A stretch of DNA of 64,000 bases, taken from assembly GCF_053078305.1 (NCBI RefSeq), contig NZ_CP166879.1, one strand, 5' to 3'. The notes beneath the pieces were generated by a model. That model worked only from the letters and a program-made list of their open reading frames with translations. It did no database searches and was not told the origin of the DNA. Both the position numbers and the translations under genes were made by a program. Below are positions 1-6,649 of the stretch, piece after piece (the stretch's first letter is position 1; each line of letters starts with the position of its first letter).

Positions 1-1
1 A

Positions 2-625
2 TTAATCCAGTTGCGTAATATCAAAAGCGGCGCGGTCGATCACCGCAATGATCTTTTTTATTTGTGCATCAGTGATATCGCTCTGGTTGACGCGTAAATC
101 CAGCACCGCTTTAAAATTATCCAGCGCCCGCTTCATTTGCGGGTTCTGGCGCAGCGCAGCACCAACGCAACGCGCTTTGATGCGTTCTTCAATCATCTCC
201 ACCTGTTCGCGGTTTTCTTCCAGCCACTGCGCGCCTTGTTCGGTCAGCGCAATCTGCTTCTTACCACCTTCCTCTTCGCGGATGGTAATCAGCGACTGCT
301 CCTGCAGAAAATCCAGCGTCGGGTAGATGACGCCCGGGCTTGGGGTGTAATTCCCCTGGGTTAGATTCTCAATCGCTTTAATCAATTCGTAACCGTGGCT
401 GTCATCGCGCGAGAGAATATCCAGAATCACCAGACGCAATTCACCGTGACCAAAGAAACGTTGCCGACGACCGCCGCCGCGACCGTGGCGACCACCGCAA
501 CATTGACCGTGTTCATGCTGGTGACCGTGTCCGCAGTGCTCGTGTTCTGACTTCTCACCTTTGCAGCAGCCCTCATGGCGTGGCTGGCCTTCATGTTTAC
601 AACACCCTTCGTGATGATGGCTCAT
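2..625 (-). CDS. yqjI: PadR-family metal-responsive transcriptional repressor YqjI
   Basis: 207-aa ORF. His/Cys-rich N-terminus (MSHHHEGCCKHEG...) followed by a PadR-type winged-helix region. Divergent from yqjH as in K-12. Confidence 0.93.
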   Translation of the reverse strand: MSHHHEGCCKHEGQPRHEGCCKGEKSEHEHCGHGHQHEHGQCCGGRHGRGGGRRQRFFGHGELRLVILDILSRDDSHGYELIKAIENLTQGNYTPSPGVIYPTLDFLQEQSLITIREEEGGKKQIALTEQGAQWLEENREQVEMIEERIKARCVGAALRQNPQMKRALDNFKAVLDLRVNQSDITDAQIKKIIAVIDRAAFDITQLD

Positions 626-644
626 ATCAGCCTCCTTTTGCTTA

Positions 645-660
645 ATTAGATATATCTAAT
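645..660. promoter_or_regulatory. Perfect 16-bp palindrome ATTAGATATATCTAAT, candidate YqjI operator
   Basis: Self-complementary 16-mer 20 bp upstream of the yqjI start. A near copy lies upstream of yqjH (876-890). PadR regulators bind palindromes. Confidence 0.5.
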
Positions 661-725
661 TTATATCTGATATGAGCGCTCTTGCAAGTGTAAAAATGAT
701 TTTTAAATGTGGACTCATCTCACAC

Positions 726-760
726 GTAGGCCGGATAAGGCGTTCACGCCGCATCCGGCG
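726..760. repeat. REP (repetitive extragenic palindromic) element
   Basis: gtaggccggataaggcgttcacgccgcatccggcg matches the E. coli REP consensus. Confidence 0.75.
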
Positions 761-841
761 TTGAGTAATGATGCCTGAGAAGAGGCGGTTCGTCTTGTCA
801 GACTATAGACATATCAGTTCTACAAATCGCTTGCATTTATC

Positions 842-862
842 ATGATTAACAATCATTATCAT
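842..862. promoter_or_regulatory. Fur box-like site in the yqjH promoter
   Basis: atgattaacaatcattatcat matches about 13/19 of GATAATGATAATCATTATC by eye. yqjH is a known Fur-regulated gene. Confidence 0.55.
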
Positions 863-875
863 TTGCGAAAATTAT

Positions 876-890
876 TTAGATATATCTGAT
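876..890. promoter_or_regulatory. Second copy of the TTAGATATATCT(A/G)AT operator-like motif
   Basis: ttagatatatctgat lies 23 bp upstream of the yqjH ATG and differs by one base from the palindrome at 645-660. Confidence 0.45.
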
Positions 891-912
891 TACCATCACG
901 AAGGCGATAACA

Positions 913-1677
913 ATGAATAACTCCCCCCGCTACCCGCAGCGCGTTCGCAATGATCTGCGCTTCCGTGAACTGACTGTGTTACGCGTTGAGCGCATCAGCG
1001 CCGGTTTTCAGCGCATTGTCCTCGGCGGCGAGGCGCTGGACGGTTTTACATCGCGCGGCTTTGACGATCACAGCAAACTCTTCTTTCCTCAACCTGACGC
1101 TCACTTTGTGCCGCCAACGGTAACGGAAGAGGGCATCGTCTGGCCGGAAGGACCACGCCCACCGTCGCGTGACTATACGCCACTGTATGACGAACTACGC
1201 CATGAACTGGCGATTGATTTCTTTATTCACGAAGACGGCGTCGCCAGTAGCTGGGCAATGCAGGCCCAACCGGGCGATAAACTCACGGTGGCAGGTCCGC
1301 GCGGTTCGCTGGTGGTGCCGGAAGATTACGCGTATCAGCTGTATGTCTGCGATGAATCCGGAATGCCCGCACTGCGCCGCCGCCTGGAAACGTTGAGCAA
1401 ACTTGCCGTTAAACCGCAAGTTAGTGCGCTGGTTAGCGTGCGGGATAACGCCTGTCAGGATTATCTCGCGCACCTTGATGGTTTTAATATCGAATGGCTG
1501 GCACATGATGAGCAGGCGGTAGATGCGCGTCTGGCGCAGATGCAAATCCCTGCCGATGATTACTTCATCTGGATAACCGGCGAAGGTAAAGTCGTTAAGA
1601 ATTTAAGCCGCCGCTTTGAAGCGGAACAGTATGACCCACAGCGGGTACGTGCAGCGGCTTACTGGCACGCAAAGTAA
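913..1677 (+). CDS. yqjH: NADPH-dependent ferric-chelate (siderophore) reductase YqjH/NfeF
   Basis: 254-aa ORF recognised as the E. coli siderophore-interacting FAD-binding protein. Position next to yqjI fits. Confidence 0.93.
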   Translation: MNNSPRYPQRVRNDLRFRELTVLRVERISAGFQRIVLGGEALDGFTSRGFDDHSKLFFPQPDAHFVPPTVTEEGIVWPEGPRPPSRDYTPLYDELRHELAIDFFIHEDGVASSWAMQAQPGDKLTVAGPRGSLVVPEDYAYQLYVCDESGMPALRRRLETLSKLAVKPQVSALVSVRDNACQDYLAHLDGFNIEWLAHDEQAVDARLAQMQIPADDYFIWITGEGKVVKNLSRRFEAEQYDPQRVRAAAYWHAK

Positions 1678-1696
1678 CTGATATATAAAAAGAAAA

Positions 1697-1723
1697 AGGC
1701 TGACGATTTCTCGTCAGCCTTTG
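1697..1723. terminator. Rho-independent terminator after yqjH
   Basis: aggctgacga-tttc-tcgtcagcct perfect 10-bp stem, A-run upstream and T-run downstream. Confidence 0.8.
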
Positions 1724-1730
1724 CTATATC

Positions 1731-1750
1731 TGGCCCTGCTGTCTTTGAAC
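1731..1750. repeat. Degenerate copy of the ileX 3' end (candidate attL remnant)
   Basis: tggccctgctgtctttgaac versus the tRNA 3' end tggcccctgctggacttgaac (10535-10555). By eye there is one indel and about three substitutions. Confidence 0.5.
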
Positions 1751-1803
1751 TGAATGCATATTTTGTTGATAAATAAAGATTATGTGTTTTTGATTTTCGT
1801 TTT

Positions 1804-1827
1804 GTATGCCTTTTTGTATGCCTTTTT
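1804..1827. repeat. 24-bp arm-type repeat (2 x GTATGCCTTTTT), left copy
   Basis: gtatgcctttttgtatgccttttt is identical to 10389-10412. Each copy lies tens of bp inside a putative island junction. Confidence 0.7.
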
Positions 1828-1985
1828 TGAAAAAGATACCCTTGTTGTTTGATCGTCGATAACGGGTATCAATGTGCACATGCAAATCGATGGCGTTTAT
1901 GTGTGCGCTGTCGAACGTTTGAAAATGGTTTTAGGGCGGTTTTAATGCTGGTTGATGTGGCGCTCTGTGGCGCTCGTTTTGGTGT

Positions 1986-2066
1986 GCTGGTGGCGGGGGT
2001 CGAACCCGCATACATGATCAGCCTGTACAGGCTGGCACCGACTCTACCCGTTGAGCGTACACCAGC
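1986..2066 (-). ncRNA. tRNA-like RNA 1 (canonical acceptor, D and T arms; aberrant anticodon arm; no encoded CCA)
   Basis: Minus strand has a 7-bp acceptor GCTGGTG/CACCAGC, U8-A9, and D arm GCTC-AACGGGTA-GAGT. T arm is GCGGG-TTCGACC-CCCGC. The central arm is the palindrome CAGCC-TGTACA-GGCTG (6-nt loop) flanked by extra nucleotides. Confidence 0.45.
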
Positions 2067-2086
2067 AAAAAAGCGATGAGGTTGTT

Positions 2087-2185
2087 GGCTGCTGGTGGTG
2101 GGGGTCGAACCCACATAAACATCCCGCTTTCTGGAAGCTATACAAGCGGACGCCGCTTTACCGATTAAGAGTACACCATACAGCC
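2087..2185 (-). ncRNA. tRNA-like RNA 2 (diverged paralogue of RNA 1 with extended acceptor-like helix)
   Basis: T arm GTGGG-TTCGACC-CCCAC. Terminal helix GGCTG..TGGTG / CACCA..CAGCC. UA plus a GG-containing D-like loop. Long central hairpin TCCGCTT...AAGCGGG. The 5' end coincides with the start predicted from the promoter at 2193-2221. Confidence 0.4.
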
Positions 2186-2192
2186 AGGTAAA

Positions 2193-2221
2193 ATAGTAAT
2201 CATGCGTTATGTGCGGGTAAA
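2193..2221 (-). promoter_or_regulatory. Candidate sigma70 promoter for the tRNA-like RNAs
   Basis: On the minus strand, TTTACC (2221-2216), a 17-nt spacer, then TACTAT (2198-2193). The predicted start near 2185-2186 is the first base of tRNA-like RNA 2. The weak -35 suggests activator dependence. Confidence 0.4.
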
Positions 2222-2260
2222 GTCTGTTTCGTCTGGTAGCACCAGATGAACGGGTATCAT

Positions 2261-2330
2261 TATTTCACCTGATTTCACGTGATTTCGCTTAATTTCACAA
2301 AAATCACCTTCTTTCACCTTCTTTCACAAA
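2261..2330. repeat. Seven helically phased TTTCAC (minus strand GTGAAA) repeats, about 10-bp period
   Basis: Seven consecutive decamers: tatttcacct, gatttcacgt, gatttcgctt, aatttcacaa, aaatcacctt, ctttcacctt, ctttcacaaa. They lie between the Mor-like gene and the promoter at 2193-2221. Confidence 0.7.
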
Positions 2331-2461
2331 AAACAAATCATCATTAAAGCGCCTGATTCGCTCTCTGATGCGTTTTGGTGTTTTTGTGGCGTCCGTGATG
2401 CCCTGAAAGGGGATTTTTGCGATAGCGGCGCAAATATAACGGTTGCTGCTGGTATCTGTGG

Positions 2462-2869
2462 TTAGTCTTGCGTGATTTTATTGGCGTGCTTCTTTCTCAG
2501 TCGTCGTATGATGTCGTAAATATGGGTTTCGGATATTGCGTACTCTTTGCGTAATGCCTGCAATTTTTCGCCGTTATCCCACCTGTAGTAAATCTCGTAT
2601 TCGCGCAATGCTGCGAAAAGTGATCTGCCTGTTGGAAGGTAAAGACTTCGCCCACCAGCATAGAAGGCGATTGCAGCGACAACCCGCTTTGCGATTCTGA
2701 AAGCGTCTGCCTCCTCCATGCCATTACGGGTAAGTTCCGCTACTGAATGCGACACGATATCAGCAAGCGAATCACACCATGCATCACCTGGTTTATCTCC
2801 GTTGTCTATGGCGTCGATGAATTTAAGCCGCTCGATGTCTTTTGGTACGTGATGGGTTTGCTCGTTCAT
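2462..2869 (-). CDS. Mor-family (phage Mu middle-operon-regulator-like) transcriptional activator
   Basis: 135-aa ORF. The C-terminal part (...YLPTGRSLFAALREYEIYYRWDNGEKLQALRKEYAISETHIYDIIRRLRKK) resembles the Mor/C HTH region from memory. Confidence 0.6.
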   Translation of the reverse strand: MNEQTHHVPKDIERLKFIDAIDNGDKPGDAWCDSLADIVSHSVAELTRNGMEEADAFRIAKRVVAAIAFYAGGRSLYLPTGRSLFAALREYEIYYRWDNGEKLQALRKEYAISETHIYDIIRRLRKKHANKITQD

Positions 2870-2982
2870 CCGGTAGCCTCTTGCGTTGGTGTATCTGGTC
2901 CTACCAGTTTAATTTAACGTCGCAATAAAACGATATACACGCACACAATCAGAAAAGCCGTCTGACTGTTCCGGTCCCGTGC

Positions 2983-3255
2983 TTACTTCTGGTAGCTACG
3001 CCAGATTTTTTTACATCTCCCTCCTATCCCCATTTCTGCGTAAGTGCGGTTTACTGCTTTCCTCAGGTCTGCGTAGTTCTCCTCTGGCGGCTCCGGTGGC
3101 CTCTGTGCCTTCCCGTAACATTCTGCCCTGCGCATTGCCACCCGTTCGCGTTCCCTGTCAGTCTCCACCAGCATCATCACTTCAGCCCATCGCGCCGCCG
3201 CTCTCCGGTAAAAGCCCTTCGCCTCCAGCTCTTCCGCTATGCTGTCATGTACCAT
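2983..3255 (-). CDS. Small PerC/Pch-like (or ANR-like) transcriptional regulator
   Basis: 90-aa ORF with motif LEAKGFYRRAAARWAEVM, which I associate with PerC/Pch-family activators. GAGGGG Shine-Dalgarno upstream. Confidence 0.45.
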   Translation of the reverse strand: MVHDSIAEELEAKGFYRRAAARWAEVMMLVETDRERERVAMRRAECYGKAQRPPEPPEENYADLRKAVNRTYAEMGIGGRCKKIWRSYQK

Positions 3256-3265
3256 CGTTCACCCC

Positions 3266-3676
3266 TCAGAACGGAATATTGTCACCGTAAGGGTCATCGC
3301 CTCCCACTGGTGGCTGATTACCCTGTGTGCCTGTGGTCCTGCGTCTGTTGCCACCTGGTCGCGCCGTTTTCGCACTGATTACGCTGTCTGCAATGACCTG
3401 ATAACCCTGCCGCGTTTCCCCGTTCTGTCCGGTCCACTGACTGACCTGCATCACACCGGATACGCTGATTACGTTGCCTTTCTCATGTCCTGCCAGTTGG
3501 TCGGCCTGTTTGCCAAATGCCAGGACAGACAGCCATAACGTTGCCTGCCCGTCCTGCGCCTGACTGCATGGCAGCGATACCGCCATACGTGCCAGCGTCA
3601 TCGGTGTGCCCTTACTGGTCTGTTTTGTCTGCGGGTCGTCAATCAGTCGCCCGTAAGCTGCTATCTGCGCTGTCAT
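3266..3676 (-). CDS. Single-stranded DNA-binding protein (island-encoded SSB)
   Basis: 136-aa ORF with an OB-fold-like N-terminal part, a Gly/Pro-rich linker and a C-terminal acidic tip ending DDPYGDNIPF (compare the SSB DDDIPF tail). Confidence 0.8.
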   Translation of the reverse strand: MTAQIAAYGRLIDDPQTKQTSKGTPMTLARMAVSLPCSQAQDGQATLWLSVLAFGKQADQLAGHEKGNVISVSGVMQVSQWTGQNGETRQGYQVIADSVISAKTARPGGNRRRTTGTQGNQPPVGGDDPYGDNIPF

Positions 3677-3777
3677 GATTCCACCTCTCCGGTTTTAACG
3701 TTGATGGTTGTTACCTGTTCCGCTTCTGCAATCTCCCGCTCTGTCAGCGTGGTAAAGTTTGCCGCTGCTGTGCTCAT
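3673..3777 (-). CDS. Possible 34-aa micro-ORF translationally coupled to ssb
   Basis: MSTAAANFTTLTEREIAEAEQVTTINVKTGEVES. Its TGA overlaps the ssb ATG (ATGA). No clear Shine-Dalgarno. Too short for the ORF track. Confidence 0.2.
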   Translation of the reverse strand: MSTAAANFTTLTEREIAEAEQVTTINVKTGEVES

Positions 3778-3916
3778 GAATGCACTTATCAGCCAGGGGG
3801 CTTTCGCGTGTCTTTCTGCCGTGTTGTGGCCCTTCGTTCATGAGCAAAACACTTAAATAAAACTAAAGTGATTTTCTGTGTTTTCGTGCTGCTCTGCTCT
3901 GTGTTTTTTTGCCGTT

Positions 3917-4120
3917 TACTCACCACTACTCACTTTTTTTACTCACTTTTTGGAATCGCTCACTTCGTCTCACCTGAGATTTTTGGTGTTTTTATGTGTG
4001 TGTTTTATAAGTGGTTTTTTACTACTCACTTTTTTGCCTATATACAGGTGAGAAAGTGAGTAATTTTGTTAATTTTTTGTAAAATTACTCACTTTACTCA
4101 CTTTTGCTCCTCACTTTTTT
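3917..4120. repeat. Iteron array, putative island replication origin
   Basis: At least 8 direct copies of (T)ACTCACTTT(T), for example at 3927, 3940, 4023, 4086, 4095 and 4109. Inverted copies (gtgagaaagtgagta) lie at 4048-4062. AT-rich spacers. The array abuts the stop codon of the RepA-like gene. Confidence 0.7.
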
Positions 4121-5516
4121 ACAGCGGTACTACGTCATCGCCGTCAATGCGTATAGTCTCGTCTTTCTCCAGTTTTGCTAACCATCGCCGCATGTTTTTC
4201 ACGTCATACCCAAGCCGTTTCATGTCGTCGCGCAACAACGAAATAGTGCACTTGTCGCCGTGCTGTGTGCGTGACCGGATGCAGCCCCATAGCGCGGTAT
4301 GGTTTTCCGTCTTGTTGCCAGCCTCCTCGATGCGCTCCACTTCAACGGGATGACGCGGCTTATCCACCACAACCAGAGACGTGATTAACTCCCCGTCAGC
4401 GTCGGTAAAAAGCTCAACTACCCGCAAATCGTAGGCAGCTTCTTTGAGTTCCTCTGCGTCCTTCATTTTGGTACATGAGATAACCAGCGCTTCGCTTCCT
4501 GCGTCCTCCCTGCGTATCCGGTATTCAGCATCCAGTGATGCACGAAATGCACTGGAACCACGCGCCCCCTTTGTTTCATCCTTGCCGGAATGGTGAACCA
4601 CCAGCACCGTTGCCCCTGTGCGCCGTTTCAGTTCGTCACACCCACGGATAAACGCCCCCATATCACGGGAATCATTTTCATCATTGCCACCAAAGCAACG
4701 CGCCAGCGTATCCAGAATAATCATGCGTACAGGTTTACCCGTTTCCCGTTCCACCTGGCGGGCAGCGATAACCATTTCATCAACATCAAGCGGGGCAGCC
4801 GGAAAGATGGGGCGGTTTACCAGATACAGATTTTTCACCTGCTCACCGTGCACAACCTCCCAGGCTTTTACACGACGCGGAACGCCGATACCGCCTTCAC
4901 CAACCACATAGAGAACAGCGCCATGCGCCACCCTGCGGCCTCCCCACTGGCGGCCCGTGGAAACGTGACACGCCCACGAACCCGCAAGGAACGATTTATA
5001 GGAACCGCTCGCCCCGTATATGCTGCACAGCGATACCGCCGGAATAATCCCCTTAACCACGTAATCCAGTTGCGTGTCATATCCGGCAGAACCAACGCTC
5101 ATCGGTAGCTTTGTTTTGCGCTGGTGGCCTTTTTCTTCCTGCTTTTCCCCGCGCTCCCGTTCCAGATATTCGCGCCAGTTCTCCCGCTTCTGGCTGTGCA
5201 TCCCATCGGGGTAGTAATTCGCATCCTGTACGCCTGCCGCTGCCAGTTTTTGCGCGATGGCATTAATATTTGATGGTCTGATATGGCTTGCTTTGTACAG
5301 CCGGACGCAATAGCGCCCCTCGTCAATGATTTTCGTGTCTGCCAGTTCTGCCAGTTGCTGCTCCCCAAGCCATACAGGTGGCACATTATCGCCAGCAAGT
5401 CGGCCCTCCTGCTCCTGCCACTGCTTCGCGTGTGCCCAGGCATCACTACCCACAAAAATAATGACCTCGGTCATTTTGTCGTAAGGCTGTTTTTTTAAGT
5501 TCGGTGCGCTTTTCAT
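4119..5516 (-). CDS. RepA-like RecA-fold replicative helicase/initiator (AAA_25-type)
   Basis: 465-aa ORF. Walker A-like GASGSYKS, Walker B MIILD, VLVVHHSGKD motif typical of RSF1010 RepA-like ATPases. Its start overlaps the upstream ORF stop (ATGA). Iterons lie immediately downstream. Confidence 0.7.
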   Translation of the reverse strand: MKSAPNLKKQPYDKMTEVIIFVGSDAWAHAKQWQEQEGRLAGDNVPPVWLGEQQLAELADTKIIDEGRYCVRLYKASHIRPSNINAIAQKLAAAGVQDANYYPDGMHSQKRENWREYLERERGEKQEEKGHQRKTKLPMSVGSAGYDTQLDYVVKGIIPAVSLCSIYGASGSYKSFLAGSWACHVSTGRQWGGRRVAHGAVLYVVGEGGIGVPRRVKAWEVVHGEQVKNLYLVNRPIFPAAPLDVDEMVIAARQVERETGKPVRMIILDTLARCFGGNDENDSRDMGAFIRGCDELKRRTGATVLVVHHSGKDETKGARGSSAFRASLDAEYRIRREDAGSEALVISCTKMKDAEELKEAAYDLRVVELFTDADGELITSLVVVDKPRHPVEVERIEEAGNKTENHTALWGCIRSRTQHGDKCTISLLRDDMKRLGYDVKNMRRWLAKLEKDETIRIDGDDVVPL

Positions 5517-5812
5517 TTCTTACCCCTGAATGCGTTAATCATCTTTTTCATCTTCTGTATTTTTGCCAGTGCCTTTACGTTGCTGGTGGGCACGTTACGC
5601 GGTACCGCCTGCACCAGAGAAAAATCACGGGAAAACTGATAAACAGGCATCACGCAGTCATATTCGTAGCCTTTACGGCGGTAGGTGACGCACCGCCCCG
5701 CCACGCCCTTAATCATTACCGTGCCGCCGTACTGGTCGCGGTAAATATCACCGCGCTTAAATTCAGGGCGAGGCTTGCCGCTGGCAGTTAAGCCAGTTTT
5801 TTTCATGTTCAT
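5513..5812 (-). CDS. Small basic protein, function unknown (possibly DUF4222-like)
   Basis: 99-aa ORF whose stop overlaps the replicase ATG, so it is operonic with the replicase. Confidence 0.5.
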   Translation of the reverse strand: MNMKKTGLTASGKPRPEFKRGDIYRDQYGGTVMIKGVAGRCVTYRRKGYEYDCVMPVYQFSRDFSLVQAVPRNVPTSNVKALAKIQKMKKMINAFRGKK

Positions 5813-5885
5813 TTTTTTATCCTTTGTTCTGGTCAGTTACGCCGTTGCTGCATAAATGCGGTTAGCGGTGCCTGTCGTTGCCTTA

Positions 5886-6200
5886 TCACGAATGGCGATA
5901 ATCAGCACTGATATCTCCGTTACGACAACGCCAGTTGTACACCTCCACAACCTCACTGAATCCGGCCACAAGTTCAGCCGTAACAGCGATGGAATCGCCC
6001 AGGCTGCGCAGTTCGTCCATGTCAGGATCAATGCTGTCACTCATGCCAGAAAGTAAGCGCCCTGTGATAGCCAGCCCTTCAAGCAGTTTGCGGGCGTAGA
6101 AATCAGCATCATCAAACATCGCTCTCGCTTCCCGTGCGTCAGCTGCTTTTATGGTTGTAACCAGTTGTTCAAGTATTCTGGTGTTACACACATCACGCAT
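5886..6200 (-). CDS. Hypothetical acidic protein translationally coupled to icd-like 1
   Basis: 104-aa ORF. Its ATG lies 5 nt before the icd-1 stop (ATGCGTGA, 6200-6193), the same geometry as P1 icd-ant coupling. Confidence 0.5.
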   Translation of the reverse strand: MRDVCNTRILEQLVTTIKAADAREARAMFDDADFYARKLLEGLAITGRLLSGMSDSIDPDMDELRSLGDSIAVTAELVAGFSEVVEVYNWRCRNGDISADYRHS

Positions 6201-6363
6201 GACTCACCCCCTCACGAATAAGGGTGACAAAAATCAGATGGGTGTGCGGAAGTTGTGCGCGTGCTTCGTGCTCAGTGGCAGCGGTAACGGTGAATATTGC
6301 AATGCTGCCTGTCAGGCACTGCATAAAGCGCCAGACAAAGTAAGGGCGTGCGGATACAGCCAT
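6193..6363 (-). CDS. Icd-like (host cell-division-inhibitor-like) small protein, copy 1
   Basis: 56 aa MAVSARPYFVWRFMQC...TVTAATEHEARAQLPHTHLIFV.... AGGAG lies 8 nt upstream of the ATG at 6363. The ORF track shows an in-frame 164-aa extension that I interpret mainly as RNA. Confidence 0.65.
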   Translation of the reverse strand: MAVSARPYFVWRFMQCLTGSIAIFTVTAATEHEARAQLPHTHLIFVTLIREGVSHA

Positions 6364-6371
6364 GTGAAAGG

Positions 6372-6586
6372 CTCCTATGTTTGAGGTAAGGAGTCTCGCT
6401 ACTACGCTGCTAAACATGGTGGCGAGACGTAACAGGGTTAGCAGACTGGCAACATAGAAACCAGCGAGCGCAAAGGCTCCCCCGTTACGCCCCGCCATAA
6501 TGCGGGTATGGGTAGGTTTACGGACACAAAAAAACCGCATATCGGAATGTAAGCGGCTGTCCGCTATGTTATTCAGGCTGCTAAAC
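6372..6586 (-). ncRNA. c4-like antisense RNA cassette 1 (targets, antisense core, SD-overlapping target)
   Basis: Plus-strand text: targets ctatgtt at 6564-6570 and 6375-6381, and ctgctaa at 6578-6584 and 6407-6413. Antisense aacatag at 6451-6457 and ttagcag at 6438-6444. Exact reverse complements. The distal target overlaps the icd-1 SD. Confidence 0.6.
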
Positions 6587-6649
6587 CCGGTCGCCATGTG
6601 GGTGACTCCGGCATCATACAGCCCGAAAGAAGAGGCGATCAACATGTTT

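Noticed and set aside
1849-2114. ORFs 1849-2079 (+) and 1869-2114 (-)
   Set aside because: They overlap the tRNA-like elements, lack SD sequences and have low-complexity translations, so they are probably non-coding.
3917-4120. Possible CRISPR array (short direct repeats)
   Set aside because: The repeats are about 9-11 bp with irregular short spacing and inverted copies, and no cas genes are nearby. This is iteron-like, not CRISPR. No CRISPR array was found anywhere in the window.
3868-4353. ORFs 3868-4059 (+) and 4066-4353 (+)
   Set aside because: The first is generated by the T-rich iteron array. The second runs antisense into the RepA-like gene. No ribosome-binding sites are present.
5837-6056. 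ORFs 5837-6040 (-) and 5856-6056 (+)
   Set aside because: Both overlap orf104 in other frames. orf104 is preferred because its ATG is coupled to the icd-1 stop in the same way as the other cassette junctions.
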